Source: an uncultured candidatus Brocadiaceae bacterium (lineage in GTDB: Bacteria > Planctomycetota > Brocadiia > SM23-32). From it: 45,476 nt of DNA. Of this stretch, positions 27,172 through 35,168 are shown piece by piece (the stretch's first letter is position 1; every line of letters begins with the position of its first letter). The stretch covers positions 2,886 to 48,361 of the forward strand of contig CAZSET010000003.1 of NCBI GenBank assembly GCA_964605915.1, in the 5' to 3' direction. The notes beneath the pieces are model-generated. The model was not told the origin of the DNA, did not search any database, and was given only the letters and a program-made list of their open reading frames with translations. The translations under genes were made by a program, and so were the position numbers.

Positions 27172-28437
27172 ATGGGCGGGGATGACTTGCGTGCACTGGT
27201 GACTCAAGCTCAAGCGGGCGACCTGGATGCCTTCGGCGAGATTGTCCGGCGGTTCCAGGACATGGCGTACGGCTACGCGTACTCCCTTCTGGGCGACTTC
27301 CACCTCGCCGAGGATGCGGCGCAGGAGGCGTTCATCGAGGCCTACCGCTGCCTGCCGAAGCTGCGCGAGCCGGCTGCGTTTCCCGGCTGGTTCAGGAGGA
27401 TCGTGTTCAAGCGATGCGACCGACTGACAAGACGCAAGCGGGTGAGCACTGCTCCACTCGGATCGGTCGGCAGCGTCGCCTCCGAGAGCCCCGGGCCGCC
27501 AGAGAAGGCAGAGAGGCGGGAGATGAGGGACAAGGTGCTCGACGCCATCGGCTCCCTCCCCGACGAAGAGCGCGCAGTCACCACGCTCTACTACATCGAC
27601 GGCTATTCCCAGAAGGACGTTGCCGAATTCCTGGAGGTGCCGGTCACGACGGTCAACAACCGCCTCCACGCCTCGCGGCAGCGGCTCAAAGAAAGGATGA
27701 TTGCTATGGTTGCTGACACGTTGAGGTCCAACGCGCCCGACCCCGAGGAGGCACAAGACAAGGTACGCTTCCTTCTGCAATTCGGCGAGCGCATAGGCCG
27801 AGGGGAGCCAATCCTCGCGGCCCTTAACGCACTGCGCGAGCAAACAGAGAGCGAACGTCTACAAGACATCATCCGCCACATGGAGGCGGTCATAACGGCC
27901 GCCGGGTCCGTTTCCGAAGCGCTCGCAGAGGGTGAGGACTTGTTCCCGCCAATGGTACTCTCCCTCATCAACGACGGTGAGCGCTTCGGCATCCTGGACC
28001 AGACGATGCCCCTGGCCGGCGAGTGGTTGCGGGATGGGCGGTTCTCAGCCGATCCTCATCTGTTCGCCGGCGGTCTCACCGCCAATGTCCGCAAGTACGT
28101 GCAGCACGCTACTGATGCAGGCGCAACGGAGATTGTGATTGACAGCACTCAGGTTGGGCCTCATCCGGACGATCGGGAAGAGACTGTGGTGTGGGTTGAG
28201 CACGTGATGCCCGATGGCACGCGGAAGCAAACAGACTACATCCATCCTGGCTATTTCAACGAGATATCGCTTCAACTGAGGAACTTGACCGTCCTGGACG
28301 CGCGTCAGGAAGGGGACGCCATGAGAGGGACGCTTTTCTCTGGCCTGATGCCTGGCAGCGGACGAGGAACAACTTTGCCCGTGTCATACCGTCCTCTCCG
28401 CAACGGGGAAGTGATTCGAATCCGGGTTGCCCCATAG
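27172..28437 (+). CDS. ECF (group 4) sigma factor with about 235-aa C-terminal extension resembling GspF/PilC and GspE/PilB N-terminal modules
   Basis: Region 2 (FGEIVRRFQDMAYGYAYSLLGD...AQEAFIEAY) and region 4 (LPDEERAVTTLYYIDGYSQKDVAEFLEVPVTTVNNRLHASRQRLK). The rest is T2SSF-like (27760-28029) and T2SSE-N-like (28078-28431). The start at ATG 27172 is uncertain. Confidence 0.85.
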   Translation: MGGDDLRALVTQAQAGDLDAFGEIVRRFQDMAYGYAYSLLGDFHLAEDAAQEAFIEAYRCLPKLREPAAFPGWFRRIVFKRCDRLTRRKRVSTAPLGSVGSVASESPGPPEKAERREMRDKVLDAIGSLPDEERAVTTLYYIDGYSQKDVAEFLEVPVTTVNNRLHASRQRLKERMIAMVADTLRSNAPDPEEAQDKVRFLLQFGERIGRGEPILAALNALREQTESERLQDIIRHMEAVITAAGSVSEALAEGEDLFPPMVLSLINDGERFGILDQTMPLAGEWLRDGRFSADPHLFAGGLTANVRKYVQHATDAGATEIVIDSTQVGPHPDDREETVVWVEHVMPDGTRKQTDYIHPGYFNEISLQLRNLTVLDARQEGDAMRGTLFSGLMPGSGRGTTLPVSYRPLRNGEVIRIRVAP

Positions 28438-28754
28438 TGGCAGCGGTCTGGGCCCCAGGGCTCCTCTTTTAACAGCGCCCCAGTCCCACGCCCGACGCTC
28501 TTGCCGCTGAAGTGCCGATAGCTTGAGCCGCTTGGGCTTGCCTTGGGGCTCGACGACGGCGCAGTCTGCTTCGGCCGGAGAGACGGGCGCGTCCACGCGC
28601 TGCAGCTTTGCGGGCCGTTGCGCGCCCGTAGGGTGCCTGGTAACATGGCCCGATCGGCCCGTCCCCGTCCCGGAGGGGGCCGAGTCCCGCTGAAACGACC
28701 ATTTCTCCCATTCGCTGGCCTGCGCAGTGAGCGGGCCGTGGAACCCAAGGCACA

Positions 28755-29540
28755 ATGCACATCGTCGTCTGCATCAAACAGGTGCCGGACACCACGGACG
28801 TGCGCATCGATCCCGAGCGCGGCACGTTGATCCGCGAGGGCGTGGCCAGCATCCTCAACCCACACGACGCGTACGCCATCGAGGGCGCGGTGGCCCTGCA
28901 CGAGCGCCTGGGCGGGTCGGTCACCGCGCTCACCATGGGCCCTCCGCAGGCGGAGGCCGTGTTGCGCGAGGCCGTCGCGCGCGGCTGCGACCGCTGCGTG
29001 CTGCTCACGGACCGCGCGTTCGCGGGCGCGGACACCTGGGCCACGTCCTACACGCTTGCCTGCGCCGTGCGCAAGCTCGGCGACGTGCGCCTCGTCCTGT
29101 GCGGCAAGCAGGCCATCGACGGCGACACAGCACAGGTCGGGCCCGGGCTGGCCGTGCACCTGGGCTGGCCGCAGGCCACTTACGTGCGCGGCATCGTCGA
29201 AGCCGACGTGGACGCCGTCGTCGTCGAGCGGCTCACCGACTGGGGTAACGAGACGCTGCGCGTGGAGCTCCCCGCCATGCTGACCGTGCTGAAGGACCTA
29301 AACTTCCCGCGCCTGCCGTCGCTGGTCAGCCAGATGCGGGGCCGGCGCTGCGACGTCGAACGGTGGGGCGTCGATGCCGTCGAGGGAGACGCCGCCGAGT
29401 TCGGCCTGAACGGCTCGCCAACGCGCGTCGTGCGCGTCTTCACGCCGCCGCCGCGCGGCGAGTGCGTGCTGTGGAAAGGGGACCCGGAGACGGCCGCTCC
29501 CGAACTCGTCCACGCGCTCAGGGACAAGAGGCTCGTCTGA
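28755..29540 (+). CDS. etfB: Electron transfer flavoprotein beta subunit
   Basis: MHIVVCIKQVPDT..., NPHDAYAIE, LLTDRAFAGADTWATS. The stop TGA overlaps the etfA ATG (ATGA at 29538-29542). Confidence 0.93.
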   Translation: MHIVVCIKQVPDTTDVRIDPERGTLIREGVASILNPHDAYAIEGAVALHERLGGSVTALTMGPPQAEAVLREAVARGCDRCVLLTDRAFAGADTWATSYTLACAVRKLGDVRLVLCGKQAIDGDTAQVGPGLAVHLGWPQATYVRGIVEADVDAVVVERLTDWGNETLRVELPAMLTVLKDLNFPRLPSLVSQMRGRRCDVERWGVDAVEGDAAEFGLNGSPTRVVRVFTPPPRGECVLWKGDPETAAPELVHALRDKRLV

Positions 29541-30757
29541 TGGCCCTCAAGATAGACCACGAAGCGTGCACGCTCTGCCTGCGCTGCATCGAGGAATGCC
29601 CCTACGGCGCCCTGTCGGAGGTGGAGGGCAGGATCGTCGTGAGCGAGGCGTGCACGCTCTGCGGCGCGTGCGTGGACGTCTGCCCCGTCGAGGCCATCCG
29701 GCTGGAACGAGAGCCAACACCTGAGGAAACAGCGCCAGCGGGCGAGTGCCGGGGCGTCTGGGTCCACGCGGAGCGCCACGCTGGCCGGCTGCACCCGGTG
29801 GTGTTCGAGCTGATCGGGAAAGGGGCCGAGCTGGCGGACGCCCTCGGCTGCCCGCTGGAGGTCGTCGCGGCGGGAGCCGGACTTGAGGGCCTGAGCGGGC
29901 AGCTTGCCGGCCTACCCGTGGACGCCCTCTACGTGGCGGAGCACCCAGGACTGGCGGAGTACACCGACGGCGCGCACGCGCTGGCCATCGCGCACTTGAT
30001 CCGGAAGCGCCGCCCCGAAATCGTGCTGGCCGGCGCCACGGCTCAGGGACGCTCGCTGATGCCGCGCGTGGCGGTGCTGTGCAAGACCGGGTTGACGGCC
30101 GACTGCACGGGCCTGGAGATGGACCCCGAGACCGGCAACCTGCTCCAGACGCGACCGGCCTTCGGCGGGAACGTGATGGCGACCATCGTCACCGCCCGGC
30201 ACAGGCCGCAGATGGCGACCGTGCGCCCCAAAGTGATGACGGTACCGCAGAGAGAGGGCGCGGCGGAGCCGGAAGTGCATCGCTGGAAGCTCCCGGATGG
30301 TCTGCTGCCCGGGGGCGTGACGGTGATCGGGCGCGAGGAGGAATCCCGGCAGTCGGTGAACATTGCCGATGCGGACGCCCTGGTTGCGGGCGGCAGGGGC
30401 CTCGGCGGGCCGGAGGGGTTCGAGCTGCTGCAGCGCCTGGCCGATGTGCTCGGCGCAGAGGTGGCCGCCAGCCGGGCCGCCGTAGACGCGGGCTGGGCGC
30501 CCTATGAACGCCAGGTTGGCCAGACGGGCAGGACGGTTCATCCCGATCTCTACGTGGCCGTCGGCATCTCGGGCGCCGTGCAGCACCGGGCCGGCATGCA
30601 GTCGTCGGGCACCATCGTGGCCGTCAACAGCGACGCGGCGGCGCCCATATTCGAAATCGCCGACTATGGCATCGTGGGCGACTACCGGGAGGTGCTGCCG
30701 CACGTCATCCAACAGCTCGCCGAACTCAAAGCGGCGGAGGGGGCCGAGCATGAATGA
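29540..30757 (+). CDS. etfA: Electron transfer flavoprotein alpha subunit with N-terminal 2x[4Fe-4S] ferredoxin domain
   Basis: CTLCLRCIEECP and CTLCGACVDVCP, followed by the EtfA core (PELYVAVGISGAVQH-type: PDLYVAVGISGAVQHRAGM). Confidence 0.93.
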   Translation: MALKIDHEACTLCLRCIEECPYGALSEVEGRIVVSEACTLCGACVDVCPVEAIRLEREPTPEETAPAGECRGVWVHAERHAGRLHPVVFELIGKGAELADALGCPLEVVAAGAGLEGLSGQLAGLPVDALYVAEHPGLAEYTDGAHALAIAHLIRKRRPEIVLAGATAQGRSLMPRVAVLCKTGLTADCTGLEMDPETGNLLQTRPAFGGNVMATIVTARHRPQMATVRPKVMTVPQREGAAEPEVHRWKLPDGLLPGGVTVIGREEESRQSVNIADADALVAGGRGLGGPEGFELLQRLADVLGAEVAASRAAVDAGWAPYERQVGQTGRTVHPDLYVAVGISGAVQHRAGMQSSGTIVAVNSDAAAPIFEIADYGIVGDYREVLPHVIQQLAELKAAEGAEHE

Positions 30758-32360
30758 GCTTATGCCCCGGCCGCCGAAGACGAGCGCGACTGACTACCGC
30801 AAGGTGACCGGCTGGGAGCGCGTCCGGGAGGGCTACGCTGAGTACCTGCATGACGAGTCGCGCCTGGCCGCCGAGCGGGTCGAGGTGATTCATTTCCCGA
30901 CCAATGTGGACGAGGTGGCAGCGGCCCTGAGGAGCGCACGGCAGACGGGGCACCGCGTCGCCGTCTCCGGGGCCCGCACGGGCATCACCGGCGCCGCCGT
31001 CCCCCTGGATGCCGAGGAGATCCTGTCGCTCGAACGCATCAAGCCCAGGCCCAAGGTGCGGCGAGACGGCGGGGGCAACTGGACCGTGCGCGTCGGCGCC
31101 GGCACGACCGTGGCCGAACTGAACGACGCGCTCGACCACGGACTGTGCGACTATCCCGACGGCAAACCGGACGCTCCGCTCTTCTACCCCGTAGACACCA
31201 CGGAGACCTCGGCGCACCTGGGCGGAACAGTCGCGACCAACGCCTCGGGCGCGCGGACCCTCTACTACGGAGCGACGCGCCGCTGGGTTGAGGCGCTCAC
31301 CATTGTCACCGCAGACGCGCGCGTTCTTGAGCTACGACGCGGAGACGTCCGCGCAGAGGACGGCGTCCTTGCCTATCGGCGCGAAGACGGCGGGCGGGCC
31401 GAACTGCGCGTCCCCGATCTGCCCATGCCGAAGACCAAGCACACGGCCGGTTACTATCTGAAGCCCGGCATGGACGCGATCGAACTCTTCATCGGCAGCG
31501 AGGGAACGCTCGGCATCGTGGTCGAGGCGGAGCTGCGACTGGCCCCGAAACCGGCAAACCGGCTCTTCCTCACCCAGTTCGTCGAGGGACCGGACGACGC
31601 CGTAGCGCTCGTGCGGGCGTGCAAGGGAATCCCAGCGCTGACGCCGCTCGCCATCGAGTACATCGGCCCCCGCGCAATGGCGCTGCTGCGCACGATGGGC
31701 CGGCAGACGGCAGCCTACGTGGAAGTGTCCCGCCTGCCCGAAGATGCTGCCGCCATGCTTTACGTCGAAGCGCCGTTCGACGACGAGGCCCACCTGGACG
31801 CGATCTACGACGCGCTTCGGGAGGTCATCGGCGCGGCCGGGCTCGACCCCGCGCATAGCTGGGCAGGCTTCACCGAGAACGACATGGAGGAGATGAAGCG
31901 GCTCCGCCACGCCGTGCCGGAGACGGTCAACGCCATCATCGGGCAGCGCAAGGCAGACGTGCCGGAACTGCACAAGGTGGGCACGGACATGGCCGTGCCG
32001 GACGAGTCACTCGGCGCGATGATAGGAGTTTACGAGGGGCGGCTGGCGGCGTCCGGGCTGGACTTCGTGATCTTCGGCCACATCGGGGACGGGCACCTGC
32101 ACGTCAACATCCTGCCCGGCTCGGCGGCGGAGTTGCGCGCGGCGGAGGACCTCTACGCCCAGTTCGCGACCGAGGCGGTGCGGCTGGGGGGCAGCGTGGC
32201 GGCCGAGCACGGCATCGGGCGGATCAAGAAGCCGTTCCTGCCGATCCAGTTCAGCGCGGGGGACCTGGCCGCCATGCGGTCGATCAAGCAAGCGCTGGAC
32301 CCGGACTGGACGCTCAACCCCGGCGTCCTGTTCGACGCGCCGGAGGCGGCGCAAGACTAA
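30750..32360 (+). CDS. FAD-linked oxidase (GlcD/D-lactate dehydrogenase family)
   Basis: FAD_binding_4 region (VAVSGARTGITGAAVP) and C-terminal FAD-oxidase domain (HIGDGHLHVNIL, AEHGIG). ATG 30750 overlaps the etfA end by 8 nt. Confidence 0.9.
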   Translation: MNELMPRPPKTSATDYRKVTGWERVREGYAEYLHDESRLAAERVEVIHFPTNVDEVAAALRSARQTGHRVAVSGARTGITGAAVPLDAEEILSLERIKPRPKVRRDGGGNWTVRVGAGTTVAELNDALDHGLCDYPDGKPDAPLFYPVDTTETSAHLGGTVATNASGARTLYYGATRRWVEALTIVTADARVLELRRGDVRAEDGVLAYRREDGGRAELRVPDLPMPKTKHTAGYYLKPGMDAIELFIGSEGTLGIVVEAELRLAPKPANRLFLTQFVEGPDDAVALVRACKGIPALTPLAIEYIGPRAMALLRTMGRQTAAYVEVSRLPEDAAAMLYVEAPFDDEAHLDAIYDALREVIGAAGLDPAHSWAGFTENDMEEMKRLRHAVPETVNAIIGQRKADVPELHKVGTDMAVPDESLGAMIGVYEGRLAASGLDFVIFGHIGDGHLHVNILPGSAAELRAAEDLYAQFATEAVRLGGSVAAEHGIGRIKKPFLPIQFSAGDLAAMRSIKQALDPDWTLNPGVLFDAPEAAQD

Positions 32361-32377
32361 TCATATGTGAAGTGCTC

Positions 32378-32406
32378 TTGACTTCGCTCGCCTTTTTCCG
32401 TATAAG
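32378..32406 (+). promoter_or_regulatory. Near-consensus sigma70-type promoter for the HTH-methyltransferase
   Basis: TTGACT (32378-32383), 17-nt spacer, TATAAG (32401-32406), in a locally AT-rich gap. A 5-7-5 inverted repeat gaagt...acttc (32369-32385) overlaps the -35. Confidence 0.55.
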
Positions 32407-32442
32407 ACCGTTTAACACCCAGTATTCCCGCGGCTTCTCGCG

Positions 32443-34011
32443 GTGCGAGATATGGACATACTCACTGTTCAAGGGGCGGCGGAGCTTCTGGCCGTCGACG
32501 CCAAGACGGTTTACCGGCTGATCGAGCGTGACGGGCTGCCTGCCTTCAAAGTCGGTCGGCAGTGGCGCATGCGAGTGAGGGACCTGGAAGCGTGGATCGA
32601 CCGGCAGATGCAGGTGAACGAAGCGTCACCCACCTATCGCGCGGGGCAAACGGCACTGTTTCCCGAGGCCGAAGGCGGTGAGACTGGGCCGCATGAGGCC
32701 GGACGGGGGTTCAGCGACTCCGCCTTCTCTGAGAATGGCGACTTGCCCGTCCATAGGTGGGTCCCCTGGATAGCGGGGTTCAGCGCCACTTTCGTTCGTG
32801 AGGTGCTGGACCGTTACGCATCGGGGGACGCGCAGCCAGAAAGCCAGACTGTGCTCGACCCCTTCGCCGGAGTGGGGACAACGCTGGTTGCCGCCTCGCT
32901 GAGGGGGCACCCGGTCTGCGGCTTCGAGATCAACCCGTACGCTGCAGAAGCTGCCGAAGTCAAACTGAGCGCCCCGGCGATCCCAGCGGACGAACTCAGC
33001 CGCAAGATCGGCGAATTCGAGACGACCTTTCAGGAAGCGATCCGCACGGGGGCCTCTCCCAGAGGGTCAGCACCGCGCGGCTTCCGCACCAGGCGAAGGT
33101 TCCTTTCACCGCTGGTGGAACGAAAGGTCCTGCTCGCGAGAGACTTCATTGAGGATCTGAAGGACCCGCTGATTCGGAAGTGCTTCCGCATCGCGCTGGC
33201 CTCGGAACTGGTGGGGTTCTCCAATTACTCCTACGAGCCCAGCCTCGGCACGCGGGTCGCTGCGGGGAAACCCGAGGTGCCCGACGCGCCTGTTGCTCGC
33301 GCGATGGGCAGCAAGCTGAGGCTGATGGTCGAGGACGTGAAGGCGCTGCAACGGGACCTCCACGCCAAGGCATCCTTGCCCGCAGCAGAGCTCCACCAGG
33401 GAGACTTCTTTGAGCTAGAGCACGTCCTGCCGGACAACAGCATCCAGTTGGTCATCACTTCACCGCCGTACCTCAACAACTACCACTACATCCGCAACAG
33501 CCGGCCGCAGATGTACTGGTTGCGCCTGGCACACTCCCCAAATGACCTTAAGGCAGTGGAACGTGGAAGTTTCGGCAAGTTCTGGCAGACGGTGCGCGCG
33601 GGGGAAGCGCTAAGTCTGCGCTTCGACATGCCCGAGCTGGAGGAAAGCATTGGGTTCCTGCGCTCGGTGAACTCCCACAAGGGAGCGTATGGAGGCCCCG
33701 GCTGGGCAAACTACGCGGCCACCTATTTCAGCGATTGCCACCGGTTCGCCGGAATCCTCAGGCGCGTGCTCCGTCCAGGAGGGAAGGAGGTAGTCGTGCT
33801 GGGCAACAGCATTCTTCAGGGGGTCGAGTTTAGAACGGACGTGCTGTTTGGCCGCATATGCGAGCTGCAAAGCTTGAAGCTCGAAGAGGTGGTCCCATTG
33901 CGCGAGAAGCGCACGGGAACCAGCATCATCCGCTCGTCCGTGCGCTCAAACTCCGCGCGAGGGAAGACGACGCTGTACGAGTCGGCCGTCGTGGTGGGCA
34001 AGGCCCGCTGA
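32443..34011 (+). CDS. DNA methyltransferase (SPPY motif IV) with N-terminal excisionase/MerR-type HTH
   Basis: HTH_17-like LTVQGAAELLAVDAKTVYRLIERDGLPAFKVGRQWRM. SAM motif VLDPFAGVGTTLVAA and motif IV ITSPPY (33460-33471). Start is GTG 32443 or ATG 32452. Confidence 0.85.
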   Translation: MRDMDILTVQGAAELLAVDAKTVYRLIERDGLPAFKVGRQWRMRVRDLEAWIDRQMQVNEASPTYRAGQTALFPEAEGGETGPHEAGRGFSDSAFSENGDLPVHRWVPWIAGFSATFVREVLDRYASGDAQPESQTVLDPFAGVGTTLVAASLRGHPVCGFEINPYAAEAAEVKLSAPAIPADELSRKIGEFETTFQEAIRTGASPRGSAPRGFRTRRRFLSPLVERKVLLARDFIEDLKDPLIRKCFRIALASELVGFSNYSYEPSLGTRVAAGKPEVPDAPVARAMGSKLRLMVEDVKALQRDLHAKASLPAAELHQGDFFELEHVLPDNSIQLVITSPPYLNNYHYIRNSRPQMYWLRLAHSPNDLKAVERGSFGKFWQTVRAGEALSLRFDMPELEESIGFLRSVNSHKGAYGGPGWANYAATYFSDCHRFAGILRRVLRPGGKEVVVLGNSILQGVEFRTDVLFGRICELQSLKLEEVVPLREKRTGTSIIRSSVRSNSARGKTTLYESAVVVGKAR

Positions 34012-34262
34012 CGTCTCAGTGCGGGGTCCCCCAGACAGCCAGATGCTGCCGGACCTCCCCGATTATGCCCTCAGCGGATTCCTCCGGCTCCAACTCCAGC
34101 GCCCAACTGCGGCCGGGATGGACGATGTAGCAAAGCACAGTCAACAGCGAATCAACCGCCGTCCGCGCGGCCTTCCACCGCCAAGCCGCTGGAGTCTGGT
34201 GCGCGAGGTAAAGGGGGCCCGAGCGGTCCGTATAGGCAGGGCCGGCTGCCCCTTGGCGTCGC

Positions 34263-34290
34263 TTGACAGAGCGGAGAGTTTTACTACAAT
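34263..34290 (+). promoter_or_regulatory. Near-consensus sigma70-type promoter for the FRG / orphan gene pair
   Basis: TTGACA (34263-34268), 16-nt spacer, TACAAT (34285-34290), about 65 nt upstream of ATG 34356. Confidence 0.55.
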
Positions 34291-34355
34291 TGTGGCGTAA
34301 TGGGATCATCGACCGTGGGCGCACGTGTGCATTGGCGAAGGGGTCGGCGCCGCGT

Positions 34356-35156
34356 ATGAAGCTCCTCAGTTCTTACAAGCAGAAGCTTTACATAGCACGC
34401 GGGCCGAGATGCAAGGTCCTGCCCAACGCAATCGGATCACTCGGAGATTACCTTGACGTTACCAGCAGCCTCCATACCAGCAGCAGGGCTTTCTGGTATC
34501 GTGGCCACGCAGACATTGCGTGGAAGCTCACTCCTGCCGCACTTCGTCCACGGACCGTCGACAAAAGGAAGCAGGCGCTCCGTTTGCTGGACGAATTCAA
34601 GCGCGTCGCCCCGACCAAGTTGCCCCCCAATGTACCGCGCCCAGACGACGAACTCGAATGGCTTGGGCTTGCCCAGCACTACGGATTGCCAACACGTTTG
34701 TTGGACTGGACTCAGAATCCGTTGATAGCGCTGTACTTCGCTTGCGAAGGTCCCCGTGGATATGGCGCAGTCTTCCTTCTGAATCCTGCCGAACTCAATC
34801 GGCAATCCCTTGCGGGAGAAGCGAGGGTCCTTGACGCTCGTCGCGACGCTGACCGCCTGCGGACGTACCTTGCGTTGGGCGCCGAGCGGCGGAAGGACGG
34901 GCGGCCAACTGTGGCAGTTTACCCCGTGTACAACTCGGACCGGATTCTCCTGCAAAAGGGGGCATTCACGCTGCACGGTGACAAGAACTTCTCTCTAGAC
35001 AACAGACAGGCAAGCTCCCTTGTGTGCGTGCCGGTACTACCGGCCCATAAGAGCCTATTCCTCGCAGAGCTGGGACGGGTCGGAATCGACGAGATGTCAA
35101 TCTTCCCGGAACCGGAGCATGTGTGCAGACAGCTACGCCGTAGTATTGAGATCTGA
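34356..35156 (+). CDS. FRG-domain protein
   Basis: FWYRGH (34491-34508) followed by LGLAQHYGLPTRLLDWTQNPLIALYFA, the two signature blocks of the FRG domain (PF08867). Start at ATG 34356 (the TTG at 34263 coincides with the promoter). Confidence 0.8.
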   Translation: MKLLSSYKQKLYIARGPRCKVLPNAIGSLGDYLDVTSSLHTSSRAFWYRGHADIAWKLTPAALRPRTVDKRKQALRLLDEFKRVAPTKLPPNVPRPDDELEWLGLAQHYGLPTRLLDWTQNPLIALYFACEGPRGYGAVFLLNPAELNRQSLAGEARVLDARRDADRLRTYLALGAERRKDGRPTVAVYPVYNSDRILLQKGAFTLHGDKNFSLDNRQASSLVCVPVLPAHKSLFLAELGRVGIDEMSIFPEPEHVCRQLRRSIEI

Positions 35157-35168
35157 GGTACTACCGCC

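Noticed and set aside
28438-28754. 316-nt gap upstream of etfB, and the 388-nt gap at 10839-11226, examined for riboswitch, sigma54 promoter or small gene
   Set aside because: I found no convincing TGGCAC-N5-TTGC element, no conserved-looking riboswitch core and no GC3-supported small ORF. Listed ORFs such as 28543-28830 run into etfB out of frame.
32428-32443. Small hairpin ccgcg-gcttct-cgcgg just before the methyltransferase start codon
   Set aside because: A 5-bp GC stem in about 70% GC DNA is expected by chance. There is no supporting feature.
34016-34324. 102-aa minus-strand ORF between the HTH-methyltransferase and the FRG gene
   Set aside because: GC3 is moderately high, so it is not impossible. 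However, its 5' third overlaps the near-consensus TTGACA-16-TACAAT promoter of the FRG gene. It has no evident RBS and no recognisable domain. Left unannotated; it could be a small regulator or antitoxin-like gene if expression data say so.
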